Below are positions 55,308 through 64,000 of a stretch of 64,000 nt of DNA, piece by piece. Under the pieces are notes generated by a model. That model searched no databases and was not told where the DNA came from. It saw only the letters and a program-made list of their open reading frames with translations. Position 1 is the first letter of the stretch; each line of letters opens with the position of its first letter. Both the position numbers and the translations under genes were made by a program. This DNA is from an uncultured Clostridia bacterium. GTDB lineage: Bacteria > Bacillota > Clostridia > Christensenellales > UBA1242. Location: positions 13,660 to 77,659 of the forward strand of contig CAKVHV010000004.1 in NCBI GenBank assembly GCA_934754475.1, in the 5' to 3' direction.

Positions 55308-55442
55308 ATGGGAAGATTTAACACGGGTTGCGGGTGCAATTGTTGTAGATTCACTTGCCCTTGTGCCAACCCATTTGTAATTGTAAACAGATGTGGTTTT
55401 TCAACAGTAATTGTTAACGCTACAAATACAACTACATTATAA
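55308..55442 (+). CDS. Cys-rich 44-aa peptide (MGRFNTGCGCNCCRFTCPCANPFVIVNRCGFSTVIVNATNTTTL)
   Basis: Below the 60-aa cutoff of the ORF track. AGGAGA RBS at 55295-55300, 7 nt before the ATG. Own terminator directly after TAA. 7 Cys in 44 residues. Confidence 0.6.
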   Translation: MGRFNTGCGCNCCRFTCPCANPFVIVNRCGFSTVIVNATNTTTL

Positions 55443-55445
55443 TCT

Positions 55446-55504
55446 AAAAAATAGCGAAAGTTAAAGTTCACCTTGTGGCAAGCTTTGAAATTCGCTATTT
55501 TTTT
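55446..55504 (+). terminator. Terminator of the Cys-rich peptide gene
   Basis: Long imperfect hairpin aaaaaatagcgaa ... ttcgctatttttt ending in a T-run. Confidence 0.6.
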
Positions 55505-55628
55505 GTCATAAAAAATATAGTAATATCATAAAATTTATTGTTAACTACGCTATACAAATTTGTTGTATAATTTTAACTTGGTTTTTTTGACAAATTTAAA
55601 TAGTTTCAAAAAACATTTAAAAAATAAA

Positions 55629-55657
55629 TTGACAACTTTCGACAATTTGTATAAAAT
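55629..55657 (+). promoter_or_regulatory. Consensus promoter of the 70-aa membrane protein gene
   Basis: TTGACA (55629-55634), 17-nt spacer, TAAAAT (55652-55657). Confidence 0.65.
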
Positions 55658-55697
55658 ATAAACGCATTTATTTAAAATTAAATTTAAGGAGAATATT

Positions 55698-55910
55698 ATG
55701 GCAAGTACAAAAAGATATTTTGGTCTAAGCTGGGTAGTTTGTTTAATCTTAGCAATCATCCCTATTACAAATGTTATTTGCGGAATTATCACTAGAGCGC
55801 AAAGGGGAAATATTCTAGGAGTTATTCTAAACATAATCTTAGCCCCAATCTTTTACATTATCGACCTTGTTACAATGATAATCGCAAGAGATATTACAAT
55901 TTTGGCTTAA
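55698..55910 (+). CDS. Small hydrophobic membrane protein (70 aa, 2-3 TM)
   Basis: AAGGAG RBS, strong promoter, terminator directly downstream. Family not recognised. Confidence 0.65.
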   Translation: MASTKRYFGLSWVVCLILAIIPITNVICGIITRAQRGNILGVILNIILAPIFYIIDLVTMIIARDITILA

Positions 55911-55928
55911 TTTAAATTAGTTTTAAAA

Positions 55929-55968
55929 CAAAAAAACTTGTTTTATATAAACAAGTTTTTTTGTTTTT
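55929..55968. terminator. Bidirectional terminator
   Basis: aaaaaacttgtt / aacaagtttttt stem flanked by A-runs and T-runs. Confidence 0.75.
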
Positions 55969-55990
55969 TATGTAATTGTTTAAAAAGTTT

Positions 55991-57250
55991 TTAATAGATA
56001 TACAAGAACAAATCTTCGACCATCATAAGCATTCCCAAAACAACTATAGGGACCAAATATGAGTATTTAAATTTGGATTCGGGATTTTTGCGTTTGTAAT
56101 CCGCAATTAACATTACAAACATAAGAACAAATAACAAAGACCCTACAATTCCCAATTGGTAAATTAGAGATATATAGAAGTTGTGTGCAGACATTGATGC
56201 AACCAAGCCCGCACCAAAGCCACGGCCAAAGACTATAACAATTGGGTTTTCAAACATATAAGTTACTACGGTTGACCAAAGTTTGTATCTACCAGTAGTC
56301 ATAACGTCAATAAACTTTTTGTCGCCTTCCATGTCAGTTCCCCAACCACCCACAAATCTATTAAGATAAGTAGACAAAAAGTCACCCTTGACAACAAACA
56401 TCAAAATTAACCCCACACAAATTAACACAATCAGCCAAGTAATTTTCCACTTGTATCTACAAATTAAATAACCCAAAAGTATCAAAAACAAAATTCCAAA
56501 TAGAATCATAAATGTCTTTGAGAAAGTCGAAAGTCCAAGAACCGCAAAAATTATGTAAGCAATAATATCATTCCATTCAAATCTATTCTGCAAAAGAAAA
56601 ATTGTAAGTAAACTTAATGAAATTTCACAAACCATAGCAAGGGCGTTTGGATTCATAAGCAAAGCAGAAAAACGAATAAAGTCTTCGCCCATTCCCCAAA
56701 GAACTTTGTCGTGTATATATGGGGATACATAATATGTTAGATAAAAACCCGCTGAAATAATAAGACCTATTGCTAGCACATTTAGATTAAATTTAAGATT
56801 TAGTGTTTCTTTGTAGTTTGTAAATAAATATATTAGCAGAACAAGACCTACACTTATCCCTAATTTTAGCACAAGCATAGAGTTATACTCGCCAATTGGG
56901 AGCAATGAATAAATTGTAAAAGCCAGTATGCTAAGTAGCACGTACAGACTAAATCGTTTTTTATCAAAGAACAACATAATAATATAGTTCTTAATCAAAA
57001 ACGCCAAAACGCAACCAAATAATAGATATACTCCCAAATAATCGTCAATCCCACAAAATGGAACGCAGAAAACAAGGTAAGAGAAACCGTATTGACGTTT
57101 GTCAAATATTATTGCCACCAACACCAAAAAGAATACAAGATATGAGAGTTTTGGGACAAAGCAATTAACAAAAAAAAGTATTGCAAGCAGTCCGCAATTA
57201 AAAACTAGTCTATTGTCTATGTAATACTTTTTTACTCTATCAATATTCAT
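55991..57250 (-). CDS. O-antigen ligase / Wzy_C-family polytopic membrane protein
   Basis: 419 aa, about 11 TM helices. SAHNFYISLIYQLGIVG matches the Wzy_C H-N-x-Y-L...G-i-x-G block. Confidence 0.7.
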   Translation of the reverse strand: MNIDRVKKYYIDNRLVFNCGLLAILFFVNCFVPKLSYLVFFLVLVAIIFDKRQYGFSYLVFCVPFCGIDDYLGVYLLFGCVLAFLIKNYIIMLFFDKKRFSLYVLLSILAFTIYSLLPIGEYNSMLVLKLGISVGLVLLIYLFTNYKETLNLKFNLNVLAIGLIISAGFYLTYYVSPYIHDKVLWGMGEDFIRFSALLMNPNALAMVCEISLSLLTIFLLQNRFEWNDIIAYIIFAVLGLSTFSKTFMILFGILFLILLGYLICRYKWKITWLIVLICVGLILMFVVKGDFLSTYLNRFVGGWGTDMEGDKKFIDVMTTGRYKLWSTVVTYMFENPIVIVFGRGFGAGLVASMSAHNFYISLIYQLGIVGSLLFVLMFVMLIADYKRKNPESKFKYSYLVPIVVLGMLMMVEDLFLYIY

Positions 57251-57261
57251 AATCTAAGTAG

Positions 57262-57972
57262 TTATTTCTTTTCTTCTTTAATAGCACCAAATCGTCTATC
57301 TCGGCTTTGGTATTCAAGTAGTGCTTTGTAAAGCTGTTTGCTATTGAATGCCGGCCAATGAACTTTTGGAAAATAAAATTCCGCATAAGCAACTTGCCAT
57401 AACATAAAGTTGCTAAGACGTTGTTCCCCACTAGTTCTTATCATAAAATCAACTGGTGGTTGGCCACGTGTGAACAAGTGGTCAGATATGACTTGTCTAG
57501 TGACATTTTCAATTTTTTCTTCAATAATCTTGTTAACCGCAATTACTAGTTCGTCTTGACCCGAATAGTTTATGCCAAGATTTAATATAAATTTTGTTCT
57601 ATCTTTAGTTAAATCCATAAGATTTTGGGCTTTTTTGGCAATATCTTCGGGAAGTCCACTCATATCACCCATAAGATTAAATCTTGTTTCGGGGTACTTT
57701 TTTAAAAACCCTTTTCCTAAGTATTTTCTAAATAAATCCATAAGATAGTTTACTTCGTCATTTGGTCTATTCCAATTTTCTGTAGAAAAGGCATAAACAC
57801 TGACTATTGGGATTCCATAGCCATAAAAACACTCTTTAATATTTTTTTCGAGCCTACTAAGTCCCGCCTTGTGACCAAGCGACCTAATTAATCCCCTACT
57901 TTTTGCCCATCTTCCATTTCCGTCAATAATAAACGCAATGTGTGTAGGCAATTTCTTCAATTCTTTTTGCAT
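57262..57972 (-). CDS. uppS: Undecaprenyl-diphosphate synthase (cis-isoprenyl transferase)
   Basis: 236 aa. HIAFIIDGNGRWA, RTSGEQRLSNFMLWQ. Confidence 0.93.
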   Translation of the reverse strand: MQKELKKLPTHIAFIIDGNGRWAKSRGLIRSLGHKAGLSRLEKNIKECFYGYGIPIVSVYAFSTENWNRPNDEVNYLMDLFRKYLGKGFLKKYPETRFNLMGDMSGLPEDIAKKAQNLMDLTKDRTKFILNLGINYSGQDELVIAVNKIIEEKIENVTRQVISDHLFTRGQPPVDFMIRTSGEQRLSNFMLWQVAYAEFYFPKVHWPAFNSKQLYKALLEYQSRDRRFGAIKEEKK

Positions 57973-58156
57973 ATATACTCACTTTTTAGAAAATTTTTAA
58001 TATTTATTTAAGTAATAGTTTTTAACCCCAAACCAATCAATATAATCGGTAGGTTTTTTGGATACTATCTTTGGTAGTTTAACAAATTAATTGCCACTAA
58101 GTCAATTAAATCTGTTATGTATAAACTTATTCATCCGCCTGATTCGAACTCGTTTT

Positions 58157-59689
58157 TTATTTCTTTTTGAATTTATTTCTTGCAAAATTTTTTAGCATAG
58201 CAAATAGTTCTTTGAACTCTTTGGTTGGAAGATACGCCACAACTAATAGTGAGCCACTAATCAATATGCATACTGCAAATTTGGCAATAAGCAACCATAT
58301 GCTACCATCAGGAATAAACGAACACACAAAGTATGTAATAACACAAACCGCACACATTATCAAAAAGTCAATCAAGTATCTAACAAAATAGCTCTTTACA
58401 CTTCGCTTGAAGTAATGTTTGTATAGAATAAGTGGCTCCCACCAGAATGGTGCAACCAAAGTACTAAAGATGGTACCAATAAAAATACCATTAATTCCTA
58501 TCAATTTTACAAGAACAATAGAAACTACCAAATTAACAAGTGCTTCAACAATTGGTTGCCATTTATTATACCAAAATAAACCCGCAGCATCTTTGAACAC
58601 ATTGACGCCAGTCCTCATCCTCGTAAAATAAAAACTAAGACAAATAATAATAACTGTGGAAAATTCCAACATATATTCTCCGCCCCCAGTCCATTTAGTA
58701 ATAAATGGCTGGAAAAGCGTTATCAAGCAAACAAAACTAAAAGCAGTTAATAAACAAAATATAAAATTAATTAACTTAAATTTATCATAAACATATTCCT
58801 TGTTTGAACTAGCGATCAAATTTCCAACACTGGCCATTAAAGAATTGCTTATAAGAAGTATAACTGAAGATATTGAGGCTGTTATGAGATAATAATTTGA
58901 ATACGATCCAAGAATAGCAACTCCCAAAAATGCTGAGATTAAAATATTATCTGTAGAAAATACTACCGCACCACCAATTTTATGCATACTAAGAGCAGTG
59001 ACATTTTTAGTAATTTCTTTTTTTGTTTCTTTGTCAAGAGGCTGAACCTTACCTCTAATCTCAGGGAATAATTTATTTGCATAAACATGAATTAAAACGC
59101 ATTCAATTAGTGTAAACAAAATACTTATAGAAAAATACAAATAATAAATTTTAAATAAAATCAAAACAACAATCTGCACTATTGACATACTCACAATACA
59201 TATTGTTCTAATAATATTTTCAACATCATTGCGTTGGTAAGCAAAAAGCAGTGATCTCTTGTGTGCAGACCAATAACCAACCAAAGTGTACGCAAGATAC
59301 ATAATATACAAAATGTAAATATTAATATCTACAGTCACACCACCATTCATTAAATATTTAATAAACGGAGTTATTGCAAGACCAATAGTCCCTACGATTA
59401 TAGATATAATTATGTAAAATTTCTTGTATAAGTGTTCAAGCGATTTAATTTTCTCGACATCATTATCTGCAATAGGCTTGTACATACTAAACACTATTGC
59501 ACTTCCAATACCAAGTTCTGCCAAATTTAGAAAACTAAATATATTTGTAAATAACCCATTTAGTCCTAAATACTCCGCCCCCATATAATAAATGAGAACA
59601 GTTCGCAAAACGAATTGCAACAAGAGATTTGTTACAAATTTTATAATATTAAATATTAAATTTTTTCTAATATTTTGAGTTCGTGTCAT
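58157..59689 (-). CDS. Wzx-type (MOP superfamily) polysaccharide flippase
   Basis: 510 aa, about 14 TM helices. Position within a glycan locus; overlaps the stop of the upstream GT2 gene. Confidence 0.7.
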   Translation of the reverse strand: MTRTQNIRKNLIFNIIKFVTNLLLQFVLRTVLIYYMGAEYLGLNGLFTNIFSFLNLAELGIGSAIVFSMYKPIADNDVEKIKSLEHLYKKFYIIISIIVGTIGLAITPFIKYLMNGGVTVDINIYILYIMYLAYTLVGYWSAHKRSLLFAYQRNDVENIIRTICIVSMSIVQIVVLILFKIYYLYFSISILFTLIECVLIHVYANKLFPEIRGKVQPLDKETKKEITKNVTALSMHKIGGAVVFSTDNILISAFLGVAILGSYSNYYLITASISSVILLISNSLMASVGNLIASSNKEYVYDKFKLINFIFCLLTAFSFVCLITLFQPFITKWTGGGEYMLEFSTVIIICLSFYFTRMRTGVNVFKDAAGLFWYNKWQPIVEALVNLVVSIVLVKLIGINGIFIGTIFSTLVAPFWWEPLILYKHYFKRSVKSYFVRYLIDFLIMCAVCVITYFVCSFIPDGSIWLLIAKFAVCILISGSLLVVAYLPTKEFKELFAMLKNFARNKFKKK

Positions 59690-60671
59690 ATGCTCTTTTT
59701 AATTTATATAATATTTTAAGAAGCGAAAAACAATTATGATATATTAATTTAATTGATAATCTTTTTATTTTCCCTTTGGTATGCTTTAATCTGATTTTAT
59801 AGTTGTTTTTTATTTTTAATGTTTTAAGAAACTCGCTAGTCTTAACATACTTTAACAACTCACTTTTATTTGGAGCAAAAATGCAGTCTAATACACACAT
59901 TTCATACAATCTAAACGAATAATCTTTGTAGTAATCGTCACCAACTAGAGGCTTTATTAACTCAAGTGCCTCTTTGGCCATTTTTATGCGCTGTTCTACT
60001 TTAGCAAGTGAATAAGAATGAACAACACTGTCATTTCTTTGAAAATAATTATATAGACATTCCTTTACGACTGAAATTTTTGTATTTTTTTTGATTAAGT
60101 TTAAATTAAATAATAAATCCTCACCACTAAAAAAATCTTGTGAAAAACGATGATCCCCTATAAAACTTCTGCGATACAAAAGTCTCCAAATATTTCCGAA
60201 AGAATTATCTACGAACATAACATCAGGGATACTTTTTAACTTTTCATCATTTACATGTAAAATAGATTCATCCATCATTTTTTTTATGTCGTTTTTGTAC
60301 AATAAATTATATCCACTCATCGCAATATCGCATCGATTTTTAACAATAGATTTATGTAACAATTCATACATGTTAGTTTCAATGCAATCGTCACTATCCA
60401 CAAAAGCAATAAACTCACCTTGAGAAAATTCCAAACCTGTATTACGAGCCGCTGAAACGCCCGCATTATTTTTGTGTATAACTTTAATTCTATTGTCTCT
60501 CTTCGCATACTCATCGCAAATCTTTGGACAACTATCAGGACTCCCATCGTCCACTAGAATTATTTCTAAATTTCTATAAGTTTGATTAAGTATGCTATCC
60601 ACACATCTATGCAAATACTTTTCAACTTTATAGACAGGAACTATAACCGAAATTAAATCATTTTGTTTCAT
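59667..60671 (-). CDS. Family 2 glycosyltransferase
   Basis: ISVIVPVYKVEKYLHRCVDSILNQTYRNLEIILVDDGSPD plus DSDD. Start set at the second ATG (60671) after the AAGGAA RBS. Confidence 0.88.
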   Translation of the reverse strand: MKQNDLISVIVPVYKVEKYLHRCVDSILNQTYRNLEIILVDDGSPDSCPKICDEYAKRDNRIKVIHKNNAGVSAARNTGLEFSQGEFIAFVDSDDCIETNMYELLHKSIVKNRCDIAMSGYNLLYKNDIKKMMDESILHVNDEKLKSIPDVMFVDNSFGNIWRLLYRRSFIGDHRFSQDFFSGEDLLFNLNLIKKNTKISVVKECLYNYFQRNDSVVHSYSLAKVEQRIKMAKEALELIKPLVGDDYYKDYSFRLYEMCVLDCIFAPNKSELLKYVKTSEFLKTLKIKNNYKIRLKHTKGKIKRLSIKLIYHNCFSLLKILYKLKRAYDTNSKY

Positions 60672-60679
60672 CATTTCCT

Positions 60680-61777
60680 TTATAACCTTTCTTCTAAAAT
60701 ATCTGCTATTTGTTTGCAAGCAGTCCCGTCTCCATATGGATTTTGGGCGTGACTCATTTTCTCATATTCTTCTTTGTTTTCTAGTAATAATTTAAAATTG
60801 TCGTATATTACTTGCTCATTGGTTCCAACCAACTTTAGAGTACCTGCCTTAATACCCTCAGGACGTTCAGTAGTGTCTCTCATTACTAGTACTGGTTTAC
60901 CAAGTGATGGAGCTTCTTCCTGAATACCACCACTATCTGTCAATATCATATAACTACGAGCCAAGAAATTATGAAAATCAATTACTTCAAGAGGTTCTAT
61001 TATTCTAATTCTATTGTCATCTCCAAGAATTTTATTAGCTGTTTCTCTAACCACTGGATTCATATGAATTGGATAAATTACTTTTACGTCTGCATGCTCG
61101 TCAACTATACGTCTTATTGCTCTAAACATATTTTCCATAGGTTCACCCAAATTCTCTCTGCGATGGGCAGTAAGCATTATAAGCCTACTTCCCTTAGCCC
61201 ATTCAAGATTTTCATTGAAATAATCATCACGTACTGTGGTTTTTAAAGCATCTATTGCAGTATTTCCAGTAATAAACATAGTGTTTAAATCCTTGCCCTC
61301 ATTTAATAAATTTTGTTTAGATAATTCTGTAGGACAAAAGTTAAATCTAGAAACTATACTTACTGCCTGTCTATTAAATTCTTCTGGCCAAGGCGATTCT
61401 AGATTATATGTACGCAACCCTGCCTCCACATGTCCTACCGGAATGTGACAATAAAAACAAGCAAGCGCAGAAACAAATGTTGTTGAAGTGTCACCATGCA
61501 CCAACACTACATCCGGTTTTTCTTTATCCAATACCTCTTTAATTCTTTCAAGGATATTAACTGTTACATCAAATAAAGACTGTTTATCTTTCATGATATC
61601 CAAGTCATAATCTGGAACAACACTAAAAACATTTAAAACTTGGTGCAACATCTCTCTATGCTGACCAGTCACACAAACAATCGTTTCCAAATTCTTCCTA
61701 GTTTTTAATTCCTTAACAAGTGGACACATCTTAATCGCCTCGGGACGTGTCCCAAATACTAACATTACTTTTTTCAT
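60680..61777 (-). CDS. wecB: UDP-N-acetylglucosamine 2-epimerase (non-hydrolysing)
   Basis: 365 aa. VFGTRPEAIKMCPL, HVEAGLRT, TDSGGIQEEAPSLGKPVLVMR. Confidence 0.92.
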   Translation of the reverse strand: MKKVMLVFGTRPEAIKMCPLVKELKTRKNLETIVCVTGQHREMLHQVLNVFSVVPDYDLDIMKDKQSLFDVTVNILERIKEVLDKEKPDVVLVHGDTSTTFVSALACFYCHIPVGHVEAGLRTYNLESPWPEEFNRQAVSIVSRFNFCPTELSKQNLLNEGKDLNTMFITGNTAIDALKTTVRDDYFNENLEWAKGSRLIMLTAHRRENLGEPMENMFRAIRRIVDEHADVKVIYPIHMNPVVRETANKILGDDNRIRIIEPLEVIDFHNFLARSYMILTDSGGIQEEAPSLGKPVLVMRDTTERPEGIKAGTLKLVGTNEQVIYDNFKLLLENKEEYEKMSHAQNPYGDGTACKQIADILEERL

Positions 61778-62931
61778 TTTTTAATCTCCAAATACAGTTG
61801 TTTAAGTTCTCTGCAAAACTTTTGCGCAGAATAATTTTCCACGACAAAATTTCTTGCATTGTTACATTTGTTTAAGTCTGATTGTTCCTTTAAATACATT
61901 TTCATTTTTTCTGCCAAGTCTGTATAATTTTTATTTTGAAAAAAACAAACATTTCCACTATTCCCAGCCCATGTGGTAGATGGTATATCGCTTATTATAC
62001 AAGGCAACCCAAACCCCAGCGCCTCTGCAATACCATACGAAAATGTCTCAAAGTAACTAGCCGAAATAAAGCAATTAATTTGCTTTAGAAAATCATTAAT
62101 GTTCGCGAATGTATCTAAGACAATAACTTTATTTGACTTAATTAAATCAGAATAATCTTTAGATATTATTGATTTTGTAGTTTTTGAACAAATTAATTTG
62201 ACCTGAAAGTCATTATTTCCCTTATATAGTTCCCTTGTAGCATTTAACACCTCATACAATCCCTTAGGAACTCTTGTAACAATTGATCCAAAACATTTGA
62301 TGTCTTTATTAAAAGTTCTGTTCTGTCCTAAATAATTGAAATCGACTCCGTTTGTAACTTGCCTAATATTTTTTTTGTATTTCAAAAATCCACATAGTTG
62401 TAAATAAGAGTAATCGCTTACAGCCACCAATTTTGAATACTTTAAAATTTTATTATATTTTAATTTAATTAATTTCAATTTCGTATATCTAATAATTGGA
62501 TTCTTTATCGTTTTGTATGAATCTATTAACGCATCGTGAAAGTGAACAAATGAACGCAGAGATAATTCTTTAGCCAATTCATTACAAATGAAATCATACT
62601 CTTCAAAATGTGAATGAATAATAGTAACTTTTTCTTTAATCAAAATTTCTTTTAGTTGTTTTTTTATGGTCCCATTACTACCAAAAAAGATGGACCTTAT
62701 GTAAGAAGTGAGTTTTTTTAGTTTTTGAGTTTCAGGATTTTCGATAAAATACACTATGTGATTTTGTTTAAATTCATTCATAAAACCCAAATTTTCAGAT
62801 GCCTTTGGAAACACATAAATTATTTCAAAAATTTTTGCTTCTCCACTTTTTTTTTCAAAAAGTTCCAGAGATCTTATGAATTCTCCTTTGAATTCACATA
62901 TAAGTGAACACACATAGCATATTTTATCCAT
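61774..62931 (-). CDS. GT-B fold (family 4-like) glycosyltransferase
   Basis: 385 aa. E-x7-E block ETFSYGIAEALGFGLPCI. Contains an A9 tract at codons 26-29 (62847-62855). Confidence 0.8.
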   Translation of the reverse strand: MDKICYVCSLICEFKGEFIRSLELFEKKSGEAKIFEIIYVFPKASENLGFMNEFKQNHIVYFIENPETQKLKKLTSYIRSIFFGSNGTIKKQLKEILIKEKVTIIHSHFEEYDFICNELAKELSLRSFVHFHDALIDSYKTIKNPIIRYTKLKLIKLKYNKILKYSKLVAVSDYSYLQLCGFLKYKKNIRQVTNGVDFNYLGQNRTFNKDIKCFGSIVTRVPKGLYEVLNATRELYKGNNDFQVKLICSKTTKSIISKDYSDLIKSNKVIVLDTFANINDFLKQINCFISASYFETFSYGIAEALGFGLPCIISDIPSTTWAGNSGNVCFFQNKNYTDLAEKMKMYLKEQSDLNKCNNARNFVVENYSAQKFCRELKQLYLEIKK

Positions 62932-63658
62932 TTTTTCTTTTCCTTCTACGATTTACTATTTTACCGATTAACCCGAATGACACAAAATTTAAGCAACTTT
63001 TTATCGCCTTTTTAAATTTCGCCTTTCCAGTTAACCAACTCCCTGCAAACCAATGGATTGTATGCGTATTTGCCGTTATTCTTTTTTTATTTGTAATTAA
63101 ATCAATTGGACAAAAATAATCTTTTGGATAAAAAACAACATCGCCACAATCGGTTAAAGTATTATTTAAGTTTAACTTAGGATACATTCTTTTTGTTGTA
63201 TTAGTAATTTGAACAACATTAGTCTCCATGTTGAACGAACCGTCTTCATTTATAAATGTTTTCGTATCATAATCTTTTAAAAGTTCATTTACCCAAGCAC
63301 CATGTTTTTCACTTGCCATAATTCCAGTCGGTATGGTATCTTTATCTTCATAACCCGAAAATGCTTTGTTATCTAAAAAATCATCCAATGATTTAACAAC
63401 TTCAACATCGGTATCCATGTAAATTCCGCCAAAGTCATACATAACTTTTAGTCGGATATAATCCGAAACAAAAGCCCATTTTTTACTTTCATACGCTTGT
63501 TTACAATAATTATTTTGATTAATATCAAAGGTCGTTTCATCCCAACGCTTAATCTCATAATCGGGACAATATTTTTTCCAACTAGCAATACATTTCTCAG
63601 CAAGTGGGGTCAATGGCTTACCTCCTACCCACACATAATGAATAATTTTTGGTATCAT
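62924..63658 (-). CDS. DXD-type (GT32 / capsular-synthesis-like) glycosyltransferase
   Basis: 244 aa. IPKIIHYVWVGG and GGIYMDTDVEV. Confidence 0.8.
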   Translation of the reverse strand: MIPKIIHYVWVGGKPLTPLAEKCIASWKKYCPDYEIKRWDETTFDINQNNYCKQAYESKKWAFVSDYIRLKVMYDFGGIYMDTDVEVVKSLDDFLDNKAFSGYEDKDTIPTGIMASEKHGAWVNELLKDYDTKTFINEDGSFNMETNVVQITNTTKRMYPKLNLNNTLTDCGDVVFYPKDYFCPIDLITNKKRITANTHTIHWFAGSWLTGKAKFKKAIKSCLNFVSFGLIGKIVNRRRKRKNG

Positions 63659-64000
63659 ATATATCTCCTTTTTTTATTTTAGTACTTAAAAAGTAATATT
63701 TTTGGCTTTTAAAAATGAAGAATATTAACATTATAAAAATGAAAATATATTTTGTATAGAATAACATTTCTTCAATTGAAATTACTAGAAAAACCAATAC
63801 CGGCAAATAATTGATCATTTTCCTTGACAAATGATTTTTAAAAGAAACTAAATAAGCAATTACCAACATTAAGATTAACACACATCCTATAATGCCATAC
63901 TTATATAGCATGTCAACATAACCACTGTGCGTTCCTATATCCACTAATCTACTTGCAGATACGCCAACTCCAAACAAAATATTTACCATATTTTCTTTCC
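63618..64000 (-). CDS. Wzy/O-antigen-polymerase-like membrane protein, C-terminal part (gene runs off the window)
   Basis: Frame stays open upstream of the tracked Met to the window edge. THSGYVDMLYKYGIIG matches the Wzy_C block. Hydrophobic helices follow. Confidence 0.6.
   Translation of the reverse strand, partial: KENMVNILFGVGVSASRLVDIGTHSGYVDMLYKYGIIGCVLILMLVIAYLVSFKNHLSRKMINYLPVLVFLVISIEEMLFYTKYIFIFIMLIFFIFKSQKYYFLSTKIKKGDIYDTKNYSLCVGRR

Noticed and set aside
58125-58150. tRNA-like T-loop string (minus strand GAGTTCGAATCAGGCGG) between wzx and uppS
   Set aside because: The flanking bases cannot form a T-stem or acceptor stem, and no D-arm or anticodon arm can be drawn. It is treated as a chance match, at most a decayed tRNA/att remnant that cannot be supported.

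Overview
This is a 64-kb, gene-dense, low-GC (about one-third G+C by eye) bacterial chromosomal segment. It reads cleanly with the standard code: Trp is TGG and no gene needs TGA read-through. A Phe T-box leader, AGGAG-type ribosome binding sites and the gene content suggest a small-genome Bacillota/Mycoplasmatota-like (Mollicutes/Erysipelotrichia-type) organism; the taxon is inference only.

Most of the window is housekeeping:
- leuS, fba, gap, mnmA, thyX-tmk and pheST with a T-box leader.
- An AbrB-like/ABC-exporter operon, an M29 aminopeptidase, a pentein-decarboxylase fusion, and a CadC/CadA-type metal-efflux pair.
- A Ca-type P-ATPase, the anaerobic ribonucleotide reductase set (nrdD-trxB, nrdG), a ROK glucokinase, a membrane-anchored ComEC-type MBL hydrolase and a nucleoside hydrolase.
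- A surface-polysaccharide locus from 56 kb to the window end (uppS, Wzx, two Wzy/O-antigen-ligase-like proteins, wecB, three glycosyltransferases).

The stand-out region is 19.0-38.2 kb, a terminator-bounded, chromosomally embedded type IV secretion-like cluster. It holds two tandem pilin-like paralogs, a VirB6-like protein, VirB4, a divergent VirD4/TraG, two giant paralogous proteins (1760 and 1263 aa) with no recognisable motifs, and two small acidic proteins. I could not find a relaxase, integrase, transposase, wall hydrolase or att-like repeats.

Directly beside it, 38.25-38.9 kb is a ~700-nt ORF-free region containing two inverted ~85-90-nt hairpin elements with compensatory stem changes.

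Other notable items:
- An unannotated 44-aa, 7-Cys peptide gene at 55308-55442.
- NrdD fused to a glutaredoxin-like domain and coupled to trxB.
- An internally duplicated ThyX.
- Clean promoter/operator architectures for the cadC and abrB-like operons.

No rRNA, tRNA, CRISPR array, transposase or integrase was seen. All calls come from manual motif recognition on the supplied ORF translations and sequence; no searches or computations were run.
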